The translations under genes and the position numbers were made by a program. A stretch of 59,721 nt of DNA, the filler included, from Sphacelaria rigidula (lineage: Eukaryota), in assembly GCA_964200075.2 (NCBI GenBank). It is 10 parts of 10 records of this genome, joined end to end, with 100 filler letters (N's around TTAATTAATTAA, not from the genome) between each part and the next. Parts side by side here need not be neighbours in the genome. Positions count along the whole stretch, not along the records: positions 17,948 to 23,829 come from CAXNAA020023751.1; positions 23,930 to 29,811 come from CAXNAA020023752.1; positions 29,912 to 35,793 come from CAXNAA020023753.1; positions 35,894 to 41,775 come from CAXNAA020023754.1; 6 more parts are not named here. The stretch is one strand, 5' to 3'. The notes under the pieces are model-generated. The model made no database searches, was not told the DNA's origin, and was given only the letters and a program-made list of their open reading frames with translations. Below are positions 23,661 to 37,599 of this stretch, piece by piece; position 1 is the first letter of the stretch, and each line of letters starts with the position of its first letter.

Positions 23661-26600
23661 ATCTCCCTCCCTCCCTCCCTCCCTGCCTCTCCCTGATAAT
23701 ATGCCTGATATTTTTGGTAAGGCCGGATATTATGGCAAACAGATTTTTGGCCCACAGATTGTTCACTTTTGGGTCGTTTGGGTCTGGTCGATAAATTTCG
23801 CCTCGCCGTGATTGGGCAGGTCGCTCGAANNNNNNNNNNNNNNNNNNNNNNNNNNNNNNNNNNNNNNNNNNNNTTAATTAATTAANNNNNNNNNNNNNNN
23901 NNNNNNNNNNNNNNNNNNNNNNNNNNNNNTAATAGAGACACCTCCAACATTCTGGCGCTCATTACTTTCCTTCCGGGGAGGGGGGGGGGGGAGGGAGGTG
24001 ATGGGCACCGTGTACGACGACACGCTTGTTCTGTGTACTTCGAAGTGTTGCCGAGCGAACGAACTGCCACTGAATATCAACACGAAGACGATTCCAAGAA
24101 TGGCATACCTCATCAAGCAGGCGCTAGGGAGGTCTGTTCTAGTGCAACAATTTGTTGAAACTTCCTTCCTCCCCCCCCCCGTGGGATGCTCCGTCTCGAA
24201 AGGGATGCGTGGTCAATGGTCAAATGNNNNNNNNNCCAAAGGAGGGTTAGGCAAAGGGCAACCTTCAAAGGCAAGCATACAACCAGCACCCCCCCCCCCC
24301 CCCCGTGGGGGTTGGCGTCGGTTGGCAACGACGCTGTAAAAGACACCTATTATATGTTATGCCCCCAGATATAGCCCAAAGTCGGGGAGCTCAAATCGGG
24401 ATTTTTCGATTTTCGCACGATTTTCTCCGACCCGCGCCCTAGATTGGCGGGAAGTTAAGGCCCCAGCAATTTCTAGGAAGGTGACGTACGTACATTGACG
24501 TAGGGTGATAAAGCAACAGGCATTCGATATTTTTGAAACCCCAGCGGCAGACAGTCTCGTGACAGCGTAGACCGTACCCGCCCGCGCCAGCTGCTGGACT
24601 AGCTTCGTAGCACAGGTCTCGCACGGGAGCTGACAAGCGGATAAGAACTGCGGTCGCCGTACCCTGAGGCGACGGTAAAAGTTACGCACTTGCTGTGCCG
24701 TATGTATTACCATAACGAACGATGCTGTACTATCCTAATGTCCGTTTTTGTTGTACTTGCAGGGTGATGTGCGGCGCTGCACTCGTAGTGCACTGTTCTC
24801 GCACACTTGTCTCGCTGTACCATCATGTATTTCCGAACGACATCATCATGAGCTGCGATGGTGGAGTGTACAGCACTCTACTATACCCTGGGGTACAACG
24901 TTACGACACGGCTATTATCTAAGGACGATTCACCACCGGCCTGTCGTTCGGCCTCACCATCTTACGATCCCACGCCTCTGTAGAAAATAACCCGGCGTAT
25001 GGAGAACTATTCCGACAAATCTGTGAAACCATAATGGGCCCCCTGCATATCAAATGTTCCCGACTAACTGTACTTTGCTATTGTTAATTTTCACGTCTCA
25101 GTCTACTATATGGTTCTGTTCGACCTCTTTGTGTTTTTTCTTTTTCTTGAGCGAGTGTTTCAGTCTTGCTTTTCTTGGGTACGTCTATCATGCGACCACG
25201 GCTGGACCCATGGGTGGTCAGTGAAAGTGCGACAATCAATCAATCAATCAAGGAGTCACCTCCATTTTGCACAGATTGGAGTCTCTGCAGATTCGGGACT
25301 TGTCCCCATAATAAATGGTCTCACGACTACTGTTTCCGCATATTAGCTCGATCTCTTGCATCCGTGTCATAGACGTAGGCTCGTATAACGATAGATGGAG
25401 CTGCAGCAAGTTTCCCGCTAAAAACTCTAGTGTTCCAGAACCGCATAAACCTTTTATCACACGCAGGAAAAAAACAACCGAATGACATCACTCAAAGTTA
25501 GAATTGAGACTAACGCCGTGAATGTTTGACCGTCCCATTGATGCGCCCAACTGTTTGGCATAAATCTCAATGTTGGGCGATGAAACTGTTCAGAAACGCT
25601 TCGAAATTCTACTGCAGTGCTAAGGGTAACCGCTTGGACACAGCTCGAGATCAGATTAGGGGTTTTTATCGCGGACGGTTTCACTTGGCATGCTCTTCAC
25701 AATCGTAAAATTGTGCTCTATTTCGCTAGAACGGCCCCCAAAAATCACTGAGAACCGACGGCAATTCCGAAGTTCCGGTGAAAATCTGGCTCTTTCAATC
25801 ATGTAGCTAGAATTTTGTCTCTAGCGTGGTTTCTGAGGGCTGTGTGTCTAGTTCATGTGGTCATTCTCCACACTCGTCATTTGCATGACGCGCAATACCT
25901 GGAAGGAAGCGGGCACGTCGTAAGCGGTCACCCGCCGAGAAACATGACTATGCGAAAGAGCAAAACTCGAGAAAACTTTTTTGTGTGACCTGTCCCACGT
26001 TCACCTACGGTCATTTTCCGCCCATTTAACGCAGTACACTCTCATTTATTCCAATCGCTGATCGTCCGTAGTCCAGGGTATTATTGGATAGATGCTACTC
26101 TCTTGTGACCTCTGTTGATTCTGTGGATTCTGGAGAAGAACACAGGTCATGTGGGATGGTCGAGCCCTCCATCAAGTTCCCGATCTATGTTCCCTAATCG
26201 TGGTCATTTACGTTCGGCCGACGGGACATAACTTTGATACTCAGACGATAGGTAGGTATAGAAAGCGTATTTTTGACTGAGATATTCGATAGTAACGTGC
26301 TATAAAAATAAATAAAACCCGAGCCTCTGCTTCAGTAAAATGTAAGCCCAAAGGAGAGTTCTTGCGACGCCTCGGGAAAACTCTGGGAGAGATTCCACCT
26401 TAATCCTCTAGCCGTAACCCAGCGTGGAATATCCAGCAATCGCCGAAACCATTGAGCAGTCTTGGGAACCTGAGGGGTACCGACTAATACTAAAGACTCA
26501 GCTGCGCCTGTGCCGAGCCGTACCCTACCCATATCCGCGACAGCTCAACACTACAGCAACCCATCCGCACCTGCGCCCCGACCGGCCCGAGTCGGCCTAC

Positions 26601-27175
26601 GATAGAGGGAGCTGCGGTCGCTCCCGCCACGGTGACTAACGTCACGAGAGGTCTGCGTCGTGGGTAAGGAAGGGCGACAACGAAGTACAGCAAAAGAAAA
26701 AGGAAGAGAAAATATGCGGAAATCCATTACAGGGTGAACTGAGGTCGTTCACATGACATCTGTGGATAAGTACCTCAATAAGTGCAATTGCAGCAAAAAC
26801 ACAGTGAGAAGTAGTGGTGAGGACGAACACAGGGAGAAGTAGAATTATCACAGCGAGAAAAAATGAAACGAAAAACGATTTTAGTACGTGTAGCATGCTC
26901 TGTTTTCTGTTGGGTTGTTTCCGGAGTCTCAGGCGACGTCGCTCAATAAACGGCCACCTCTCCGGATTGACGACCAAACGCCCACCGGTTCCCAAAGCAT
27001 GACACACGAATTTTGCAGCTGCACGTCGAAAACCGATGAATATCGACGGGCTGCGGGAGTGTTGACAGTCATAGTCCAACGCTCGACAATACATTGCAAG
27101 ACAGGTAGCGGGGAAAGGATGGACTGGTCCGTTGAGACGACGGACTCGTCCCGAGAACGGGAGATGGAAGGGGAT

Positions 27176-27295
27176 GTACTCGTGGTTCCGCATGCCGCAG
27201 TCATGAGACCATTGACCTCGCATCCCTAAGCCGGGGCGGAGCACACCGGGCTCTCGCTGGACCAGGCTCGCACTCACCGGGCGCGAGGTGCCGTG
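27176..27295 (-). mobile_element. Family B retroelement 3' end, longer copy
   Basis: Minus strand GAGCCTGGTCC...GTGCTCCGCCCCGGCTTAGGGATGCGAGGTCAATGGTCTCATGACTGCGGCATGC...GAGTAC then ATCCCCTTCC. Confidence 0.7.
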
Positions 27296-28449
27296 ATTGG
27301 TGCGTACAAGTGAGGCCATTCACGAGGTGATCTGTAAAGACAACAATAGCAGAAGCACTACCGCACAATCTACGGAGAGCGCCACGTGGGAAGCCGAGCA
27401 GGCCTGCCGTGTGTATGCTGCACTACATTTGTGGAGTACCCACACACCCTGGGAAAATCAAACGCGCCACGAGGTCGAAGTCTAATGAAAAACAAGAACT
27501 ATTTCCTCAAAGAAAAAATTCTCGAAAAAATAAATAGATAATGACGGTATATCAGAAGTAGTATTCAAAGCACCTTCCCAGGGAGTCGATGGTGCGGTGT
27601 TGCCAAGTATTCCTGTACAACACGAAACGACCCCAGCAACACGCAAAAATACAGCGATATCAAGGCGTTACAAAGAGGTATGGAAAACGACGATACGTGG
27701 GAGATGACAGCAGGCGTAAAGAGCGGATCGTGGTAAGACAGTGACGGCACACGCAAGAAGTTCACGAAAAAAAATAAAAACGAGCGCGGCTCTCACGTTC
27801 TTTTCGAAACAAAGTACCCAACCCACTGCTTCTTAGTCCCATATTACCCATAGTCGAGGTGCAGCTCAACAGACGACAGGATGCTCCACCAAAAGAATTG
27901 TTCACCGCAGAGGCTGTTTGCGTGCTCTGTTTCATTAGTGCATAAGCTCGAGGGTGTACATGTACTATGGAGCACGAACATGATACCTGCTGGCGAATCT
28001 CATATCGCGGACCAGATCAGCTAACATAGCGGGCTACCTCGCCCGGCTAAAAAACAGAGAACGGAAGCTACTTTGTCGATGCTTGTGCAGAAGGCCGGAC
28101 TTTGCGGAACCGCAGGAACATCGGCGCCGACCAAAAGAGGGAACGAGCTGAGGTAGTCCACGCACTTGAAAAATAACACCAACACAATAAAACAAAGGGT
28201 GTTAGATCTCCCGCACACGCCATTTACATGAGCCCGACGAGTGTAGACACCTCACCAAACAGTTACCGCGCCACAAGCAACGATCCGTCAGGGAAATACA
28301 ACAGCATTTCCTGATGAATACACGTTCATGCGCTTTTTTTTAACGCAAAAATGCATTAGTGATTCATGACATTTTCGAAGAAACAATCGATTTTTTAGGG
28401 ACCGTCTTGTCAGGGATGATGATGACCTACCCGCCCCCTTTCCCCGCGC

Positions 28450-28594
28450 GCGCGCCTGGTCCGGAGAACACCCAGCGTGCTCCGTCCCGGCTTTTGTAGG
28501 GATGCGAGGTCAATGGCCATATAACTATGGCATGCAAGATCATGAGTACAAGTGATCAATGGTCAAACGACTAAGGCAAGCAACAAATGAGTAC
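28450..28594 (+). mobile_element. Tandem family B (28450-28549) plus truncated family A (28553-28594)
   Basis: Two head-to-tail 3' ends, each finishing ATGAGTAC, followed by a C-run. Confidence 0.75.
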
Positions 28595-29119
28595 CCCCCC
28601 CCCCCCCGCCTCTCTCCCACGCACACACTAAACAGTGGTGACAAGGAAAACGTGCGCCAAAATTTTATCCGGATGGGAANNNNNNNNNNTAAACAAGGGC
28701 CAAACACACAAAGCAAGCACCCAAAGCCTACCCCCCCCCCCCCCCCGGCCTCTCTCCCACGCACACACTAAACAGTGGTGTCACGGTAAATGTGCGCCAA
28801 AGTTTTCTCCGGTTCGCAATGTGTTGGGAGCCTTTTAACTCATCCACCGGAGGACTCACGAAATATGTGAGGGCACGCCATGGTTAGCATTCCAATCGGT
28901 TGGGAACATCCCGCATGAATTTTAAAACGGAAAAATGTCTTGACCCCGTATTCTTGTGCAGCTCCCAACTTTAGGAGCGGCCCGTAAATGAGAAACATCT
29001 GGGCCACAATATGCAGCCCCTACCGTGGCATGACTCAAACCGCGACACTTCTCCATGGAAAATCTTCAAGCGACAAATCATTCCATCTCTATTTTTACTC
29101 CTCCTTTCTTGCTGCTCAC

Positions 29120-29487
29120 ATGGCACTGACGCGGCCGCCGAATACAGCCTTCGCGAGCACCTCGCCCGACAGGCACAAGGCACACGCAGCCGTCAGAGCG
29201 TAAGAAAGAGTCTCCTTCGTCATCGGCAACGTGCCTCTCGCACTAGGCCGAATAGTAGCAGCAACGTCAGCATCAGCAGTAACAGAAGAAGAAACTTCTC
29301 TCTCATCGCCTTCCGCCAAAATGGCGGCAGCGTCATCATTGCAGCCATCAAGATCCGCAGAATTTACGACCTCACCCTCAAGAACGTTCCGAGCATCCCC
29401 TTCATCACTCGCACGGGATGGGAGAGTTTCTTGCGGCTGCTCGGGTTTGGTCACCCAGAATAGAAACACGAAATAGAGGGACACCAC
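29120..29487 (-). CDS. Internal exon of a DUF819-like membrane protein
   Basis: ctcag|GTG...GCCAT|gtgagc, 368 nt open. VVSLYFVFLFW, an acidic loop, then ETLSYALTAACALCLSGEVLA match my recollection of the layout after the ADN motif in DUF819 proteins. Confidence 0.65.
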
Positions 29488-29552
29488 CTGAGCGTACGTA
29501 ATTCCAAGCGTTGGCGTAACGGCGAGAACGGACGAAGGGGCCGCGCGCGGGA

Positions 29553-29811
29553 CGAGAGGAGGGGTGTACTCATGATCTTGCATGCCCTAGTCATAGGACC
29601 AGTGACTCTTGCATCCCCACCAAGCCGGGACGGACCACGCCGGGTTTACGCCGGGCCAGGCTCGAGAGGAGGGGGAGGGAGCGGGGACGTACTCATGTGC
29701 TGCTTGCCTTAGTCGTTCGATCATTGACCACGCATCCCTTTCGAGACCGAGCAGGACCTCGAGAGGAGGGGGGGGGGGTGTTCTCATGATCATGCATGCC
29801 ATAGTCATCAG
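29553..29811 (-). mobile_element. Stack of three A/B elements separated by copies of the target CCCCTCCTCTCG
   Basis: The 12-mer occurs at 29553-29564, 29663-29674 and 29760-29771; inserts are B 29566-29661, A 29689-29752 and B 29780-29811. Confidence 0.8.
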
Positions 29812-32800
29812 NNNNNNNNNNNNNNNNNNNNNNNNNNNNNNNNNNNNNNNNNNNNTTAATTAATTAANNNNNNNNNNNNNNNNNNNNNNNNNNNNNNNNN
29901 NNNNNNNNNNNACTCTCGACAACCGGTCTTTTTTTTTCAAAAAAGTGCCCCCCCCCCCCCCCCCCCCCCCCCCGCCCGCCCTCTCCCGCGCTCCCTATAC
30001 CACCTTCTACCGTAGAATCAAGACAGTGGTGTCTTAATTTGTCTGTTTTGGAGGAATTCCAGATTTTGCCAGAGTTACGGCGGAAAACCAAAGTTTAGGT
30101 GAAGACCTGTGATCATTTTGAGAGATATGAGTCCCGTTCGTGAGACGCACGTACGACTAAGCAGAACAAATCGTGTCAGATTGAAAAAACTACGCCGGGA
30201 TTAGAGTGTCGTCTCTAGAGCGTGTTCTCGGACGATCGGTGGTGTTTGTGCCGATGTCCCTCGGTAGGGAGGCGTTTTTCTATCTCTTCGCTCTCTTTGG
30301 TATGCCAGGAACGAACGCTGCACTTGTACCTGCTCGCTACGGAATCTTAACGCACGACGTTAAGACAGAAAGCGTACGTGTGGTGCTCTGTGACGTACGC
30401 AATACGCTCGAAATTTCAACACCAACACTGCTTTTAAGGTTGTGTTATGTAGGGTATATCCGGAAGTCGGGGATTTTTGGTTGGCATACTATTACACGCC
30501 ATTTATACCAAAATGTGTACCGAACAATCCGATATGATTTGGCAGGGCATCGAGACTTGTTCGGGACAATCCGATTTGATTCGGAAGGGTATTTACCGAA
30601 AATTACCCTTTGTATGCTTCTGTGTGTGTTGTCATCCCATTTGTTTCGGTCGTCGGTCTACAACTTTCCGTATATATGGGCGCACCAGCCGGGGTCGCAC
30701 AGGAGGAAGGCCAACACAGGAGTTTTTCCTTTTCTTGCTTTGTTTTCAGTTCTCCACCTTCCTTCTGCAGTGCTTGCCTTTGTTTTTTATCGCGAGAGGG
30801 GTTCAGCGGTCCCTTTCCCTCGTCGACCGTCAAGTCGATTTTTGTATACGCACATGGTCGCTCCCCACTGTGAGTACCCGAATTTCAGCCGGTACACCCC
30901 ACAGAACATATCCTTGAGACTACAGCAATGTACTCGTGGTTCACATGAGGGGAAAGTATTCCAAGTGACGGAGCGGGCACACTTGATTTAACGATGAGCA
31001 AATGAGATGGTCACTGCAGAGAAGGGGGAGGGTGGGGGGTGTCGTTATGTCATCCAGTGCTTGTCTTGATACACCTGGTACGCCTGTACGTATGGCTGTC
31101 CCTCGAGAGACCGAAAGATGGAACCTTGCGATTCTTAGTTCTTTGGTTGGTGGTATTTGGGACCTTGAGTCTCGCCCGTAGTCGGACCCTATGTTCATTT
31201 CTACTTGGCGTTGCGCGTCGAGTTGGAAAGCCGGGTGCCACCCCCTGAAATCCGAATGGCCACCTGCAGCACCGGATCTTCTGAGGTTAGCCATGTGTAT
31301 TCTCTTTCTTCTTGATTATTTATCGCTGTTTCGCTTATATCGCGTTTTGTAGGTTTTAATCTATGTCTGTTTTGTTTTTTTGGTATTTTTTTATTTCCTC
31401 ACACCTTATTATAGGTAGACAGGCTGTGACCACGGGAGGCGTCCGCGTCAGGTGCCCTGTACGAATGTACCCGCGCAGATATCGGAACGGTTTTTAATGT
31501 GAAGACAACAAACAAAACAAAACAACTGCAACAGGGTTAGAAAAAAGTTGATACTAATGAGCTGTACCTGAGGGAGGTCCTGCTTTGTCTCTCAAATCAA
31601 GCCTGGTGTGTTTCGTCAGTGGCCAGTCATACTACAAAAGAGTAAGCCCCTCAAGCTACAATTGAGAGACAAAACAGGACCTCCAAAAAAAACCCGGTCA
31701 CCTAGGTGCCTAGCTTACGCAGTGATTAGCCTGCTTTACGTCGTCGTTGCCAACCGACGTCAACCCGTTTTGTACTTGACACAAGGTAGTCATCTGCCGA
31801 AGGACGGCAACATTTTTCTCAAGCACGCTCAAACCTCATGGACTTTGCCGGGGAAAACGGTGAGGAAGCAGGAGGATGCAGGAGGAAGCCGCGTAGGAAT
31901 GAGCCACGAAGGATTTGTGGCAAGTCCGTAGTGAGATTTGTTTTTTTGAAAGCAACAAGCTACACAACCATAAATAAGGGTGTCGAGCGAAACAGATTCT
32001 TGATTCGATGGATGTTGCTTGATTTTCACACATTCGCTCCTCCCCGAGGGACCCAGCTGTAGTCATTATCCACCAAATGGACGTACCCAAGGTAAACATA
32101 ATGGGAAATACACGCCAAAGGAGAGAGCCAAACGGAGAATATACAACAACCGAAATCTTACCCCCCCAAGAAATAACAGAAAAGAAAGAGAGGGAAGGAA
32201 AGGAAACGAACGGAGAAGTACTAGAATGGAAAAAGAAAAATCCGGTCCCGATGAAAAAAGGATGTAGATGAATGACTAACGAAATGACACTAGAAATGAC
32301 CGCACTCTGTGGCATGGCTCCAGCTGAAAAAAATCCGTGCGCCGAAACACGCAAGCACCCGCTTTCGCCCGCAAGGCGTTTTGGTCATCACGGGTCGGAT
32401 TGGCCCTCCGGCACTGCGTCAACTCTCGTCAAACAAAAGTTCTTGCTACTCACGCGCTTGCCTTATTAAACGACAACAATCAGATGCTTCTCAGGGGGGA
32501 AAGCCAACACTATAATAGACGCATCTGACGGGGGATACGAGCTCATCGATCTTGACATTAACAGGCTTGAGTCGTGCCAATTCGACCGCCGAGGCATGAG
32601 GATGAACCATACTTTTGATTCGGTCACTGAGAATCACCGAGAAAAACCGTGAAACTTCGTTTTGCGTCGGAGGACCTCTCCGGAAGAGAAGAGAAGGCGG
32701 CGTCGGTACTCGACTTTTGTCCGGAATAAGGATAACAACGTCATCGTGAGGTCGAGAGTAGAGCGCTCCCTAGCTATAGGTCGCGGTTTAATTCGCTGAT

Positions 32801-32984
32801 TGATCCGTTGACGGATTCGATCACCGTCGCGCTTTGACTGCCCCGCTCTGAATCCAGCCTTGGTGTCGCAGATAAACGTATCTATCCAACATTATTTACA
32901 GGGAAAACACTCGCTCAGGGAAAATGGACAGAAAAGGGGGCAATGTCATCGATTGATTTGATTTGATTTGATTTGATTTGATTA

Positions 32985-33270
32985 TGGCGCTGCTTGAGAG
33001 TGGCTTTGTTTATTCGCTTCAACTCAGCCAATTTTCCAGTCCGTTTGTGTTTTTTTTTGCCTCCATCACTGGCGTGTGCTTACAGCTACACGTCGATATC
33101 CTACTCAGGGATATCAAGGGCCTTAGTGGCAAGCCACTACATGAAGCATATATTGGGCCTCGTGGAGGGGCATTCAGGAACTGAAACGGGTCATTCTCTG
33201 ATTGACCGCTTTTTCACTCTCAATTGTATCCTCTACTCTCAATCTCACGAAAACCTTGTTGGGTGTGGAA
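32985..33270. repeat. Interspersed repeat
   Basis: Inverted homolog at 58610-58870 (GCTTACAGCTACACGTCGAYATCCTACTCAGGGA). Confidence 0.75.
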
Positions 33271-36036
33271 AGCACCATACACCTCCAGGGGCGCGGGATC
33301 ATTTTTTCGTTGTCACCTGCTTTTGGTTGTGTTCCAGTTTAGCCACGTTTCCATGCGTCGTTGTGTATACATAATTGTATATGAAAAAAACACATACACA
33401 CGCGCTCATCGGCTGAATCAAAGATACCTGAGAGCTGGCGTGCAAAACTTCACGAATCAGGTCTTGAGCGCCCGCTCCAGTACGCTGCGGAAAGTTCGTG
33501 CTGAGCAGGGAACATTTTAGTTCTGGAACCCTCAAGTCGATGCGTTATTCAGGGGGGTGACGAGCAGAAGGCCAAAACACACTCAGACGGACACATGGCA
33601 GGTTACAGCGTGCAGCGGGCATCATTCAGCACCCCCGTGCAATTGATTTAGGTCCGACAGTCACCACGTGGGTGGAGAAAACGCGGGTTCGACCACGGAT
33701 GCCTTGGGTTAATTTCTTCCAAAGTGTCTGATTTTCACCGTCGAAAGCGGGAGTACGTGCGTGAACAAGAAAAGTAGTTGGCTGAGTTTTTGTTTGACGA
33801 GAGGCGACGTGGTGCGGAAGTGTTGGTCATGATCCAATCCGAGAGACCAAAATGCAAGGCGTGTACCGAGGAGAGATGTGTTTAGGCCCTTGAGACTACC
33901 AAGGACTGGTCCCGAGGAAGGGGAGGGGTTGGTGCAAAGTGGGACAAAGAAGATGACTAAGTTACGTGTTGGTAGCCGCAAACACACGCAGCGGTAAATG
34001 ACCAAGCCTGGACGTTTGCCGCTTTCATATGTGCGCATGACCGCTGTTTATCCGCTCTTTTCGGTGGCACCATGAATAACTGTTGTTGTGGACCAAGTAT
34101 GGCAACGGATTATTCCGACACCGTCCTGAAGCTGTGCAGCTACCGCGGTTCATCTGCTGTGTTTTCGACAAGGGCTGCCTCCTCCGCTATGGTGCTGCTG
34201 TACAGTCAATGCTGTAGGACTCGAAATGCGGCTCAAAATCACATTTGCTGGCTTTCTACATCATTCTAAACCCAGTATAAAAGTGGTTGCGCCGCCCTTC
34301 CGAACCATACCGTGGTTCCAGAGCGAACCCCTTGAATCTTCGGTGATGAGTTAGTTATTTCGACATCCAGATTTCTCCCAATATATAAATATGATGGGAT
34401 CATTCGGGTGTGACCGTCTGAAATCACAGGAACAGAATTCATGTTATTTATTTATTTTCTCTTACTTTTATGCAACCCCTCCCCTTCCTCGAGACGAGCT
34501 CGTGCTCGTCAGGGCTCAATCCATCTCTCCCCCGTTACAGGCCTTATATTTTGGTGTCGCGGATGAGATCAGCACTCCCGCGCACCGCGTCTACTCTCGT
34601 GAAAATTCACAGTAGTCTCTGTACATTTTTTTGTGATTGGGTATGTTTTCAATCTCCTCGCACCTGTTTCGTCCTCAGCACTCGAAATTGCTGCGGTCAA
34701 TAGATGTTGTGAAAATAAACACGTCGTGCTCACAAAACACTCCCGAAGTTGGTGTTGTCGGGGTGATACGGAGTGAAGACCTCGCTCACCGAGAGCGTGT
34801 TATCGACCGTCATTTGGTCCAACAAAACCGCGGTTTTTCGGCTCTATCGCGATGACAAGGTGGAATTTCAGAGCAGTAGTTATTTCTCAGTTGTTCACGA
34901 GAACGATCGGGATTGGTTCAATCAAGCAAAAGTATCGAAGAATCAGAACCCGCGACTGTAAACTCGCAGGACCCCCGAGAACCGGCCATCCCGTCAGCCG
35001 TTCAGGACTGGGTGCGGAGAATGATCATTTTCTCGGAATGGGAATATGTGAAGCGAATGCTAGTATCTCCCGATCCCGATTATTCGGGATCAAGCATTCA
35101 CCGTGATGAGCGGTGGGACACGAGAAATCGCCAAAAATACCCAATTACAAAATCCGCCTGGTTTGCTTGCAGACTGCGGGAACCATATATTCTTCGCGAC
35201 TCACGCTCTCAGGCTTTCGACGAAGGACTTGAGGTACTTCTCAAAAATGAATCCGCATGTGCTTGCCAGGACTCAAAGCTTTCCTCTTCCGCCCTACTCG
35301 TAGCAGGCTTCCGTGGTAGACGTTCATTTAGACCATCAGAGTCGCCACGCTGCAAAATAAGTCATATTTACAGTAGTGGGCCGTCTAACTATTCCTTCTT
35401 TGACATTTTGTGATTTTTTCGTAATTGGCCATTTTCTTGGGCTCTTTTCGCTTGCCACCGCCTATCACATTGGGGATATAAAGATACTTGTATCTGCTCC
35501 ACATCCCAAGAAAAAAAAACTGTACTCAATTTTGAGTGACTTACGGGCTGACCGGTCATCGGGGGTCCTGCTACGTTTCAGCCCAGATTCTTTCTGTTCG
35601 GTATTTTCGATGGATCGAGCCTGCCCTTATTATATTTGTGAAGAAATGTAGAGTTTTATTTTTTTGAAATTATACCCACTTATTGCACTAGAGCCGAAAA
35701 ACTGTGTCTCACGGTCAATAGCACCCTCCTGATGAACGGATTATTTACTGGGCAATGGCCTAGAAAAGGTATACCTTCTCGTTTTTTGCCTACNNNNNNN
35801 NNNNNNNNNNNNNNNNNNNNNNNNNNNNNNNNNNNNNTTAATTAATTAANNNNNNNNNNNNNNNNNNNNNNNNNNNNNNNNNNNNNNNNNNNNAGTTGCT
35901 TTATTTTGTGGTATCGCCACTTCCTGAGACAGCCACGGCTTTTACACTGCCTCATGGGTGCCTCACCAGGTGCCTCAAATGGAAGTGGGGAGAAGAGGAA
36001 TTGACAATCGTAGACCAGTATACGTAACTTGGCGTA

Positions 36037-36623
36037 CGAGCTGGGCCAGCTAACAGTGATTTTTGAGCGAAGAGTGGAGATGTCATTGGTAATTCGAGGA
36101 GTTAAGGCGCTGAAATTTTGACACGACATTTTCATCATCAACCCGCGCAACCCTATAAGGAGTGCAGAGGGGAGAAAAAAAAAGCAAGATGACGGAGCGG
36201 GTTAAAGTTTCAGCACAAAATGGAAAACTGCTATAACTTCCTCAAAAATTGATAAAAATGACGATAACGCTCAACCCGCTTCAACGACATTCTGGTGAAG
36301 TTTCGGCCAAAATTACCTCAAATTGAGCGCGACATGGCACTTTTCGTGTGACACGGCTGCGCACCTTTACTTCAAGTGATACAGGAAACTTCAATTATGG
36401 AGGTCAGGAATTTTGAATCCCGACAGGTTCTCTTTTTTTTCGCCCTTCGTTAAGGTCATATATTATGTAGTACATATTTTTCATTTTTTTTGTCATTTAG
36501 CGGCGGTGCCGTGTGTTACCAGGTTGGTCTGCACTTCAAACGATATGCTCAAGTCGCGCTAATTTGGAAAACTTGAGAAGTTGTGTGGAAAGCCAATGCG
36601 GTATTTACAGCTGGTCCAGCTCG
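36037..36623 (-). mobile_element. MITE family M1, inverted full-length copy
   Basis: TA|CGAGCTGGGCCAGCTAACAGTGAT...GCTGGTCCAGCTCG; internal similarity to 4310-4892. Confidence 0.75.
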
Positions 36624-36639
36624 TGGAGATATAAAAACA

Positions 36640-37015
36640 CTGTTCTTGGGATGCACACGGCAATAAAGTGATAGAAGAGGGTAAGGCACAGACAGATAGG
36701 CAAGATGCACGTGATCCTCAGAGACTCGCACATAGATACTAGGATTTAGACATGTATCCTGATGAACGTGATTGTATCAACACTGGAATATGCTGGAGCA
36801 GTATGTGAGAGGAACGTGAAGTTGGTGAAGAGGTTGGAAACAGTACAGATGGCAGTAGCTAAGAAAATACTTGGATGCTCGAAAACGAGGAGAAATACAG
36901 CATTGAGAGCAGAGTTGGGAATGTACTCACTTGAAACTAACGGAGAGGTGATATAGTTGCGATGGCAATATAGCTTCAAAAAAGTGCAGAGAAGGAGATT
37001 GCCAGCTATAGTTGA
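36640..37015 (+). mobile_element. LINE ORF2 fragment, post-RT region
   Basis: LEYAGAV...LETVQMAVAKKILGCSKTRRNTALRAELGMYSL...RLPAI is typical of the region after a non-LTR RT; it contains stops. Confidence 0.75.
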
Positions 37016-37590
37016 TAACGACGGCATGCGATCCCGCGTACAGCTAGATGGTGGCGAACTATCAGCGAGGTTCCACGTCTGCAAGGGACTCAGACAAGGT
37101 TGCGTCTCGTCCCCGCTGTTGTTCAACATCTTCGGGGCAGGCTTGGTGGACGTGCTTGTTCAGCGGTTTGCGGCGGACCCAGCCATCGCCTCAGACTTGG
37201 TCTTTCTAGATGATGCGTCAAAAGGTGACGGCGGTGAACCCATGGAAGAGACCGCTGGAAAAGGTGCCACGCGCGATGTGGGCAATGTTTGATGCGGACG
37301 ACGCCGGTATAGTCTCGATGACCTCAGAAAGCCTTGCTCGAAGTATGGCCGTGATGGTGATGACCTGCCAGGGATTCGGCCTGACGGTCTCCGAGAGCAA
37401 GACAGATTCCATGGGCCTTTGGTCACTACCCAGTCCCACGGAGGCCGCCCTGGATATCAAAGATGCTGGTCAACGGTATAAGCGGACGGAGAAGTTCATC
37501 TACCCTTGGTGGAGCTATCAGCGCGAGTGCGCAAATGTCCTTCGAAATCAACCGCCGATCAGCGCGGCGTGGGTGCATATCCGAAAATAT
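37016..37590 (+). mobile_element. LINE reverse transcriptase core fragment (RTE-like), frameshifted
   Basis: GMRSRVQLDGG, GLRQGCVSSPLLFNIF, DADD (decayed YADD), GLTVSESKT, EKFIY. Confidence 0.9.
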
Positions 37591-37599
37591 CAGGGGTAT

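Noticed and set aside
26341..26731. Solo LTR (TGTAA...TTACA)
   Set aside because: No matching target-site duplication and no second copy in the window.
28595..28820. Tandem duplication across a 10-N gap (also 24188-24300 and 58105-58345)
   Set aside because: One copy is garbled next to a homopolymer, typical of low-quality read ends at a scaffold join.
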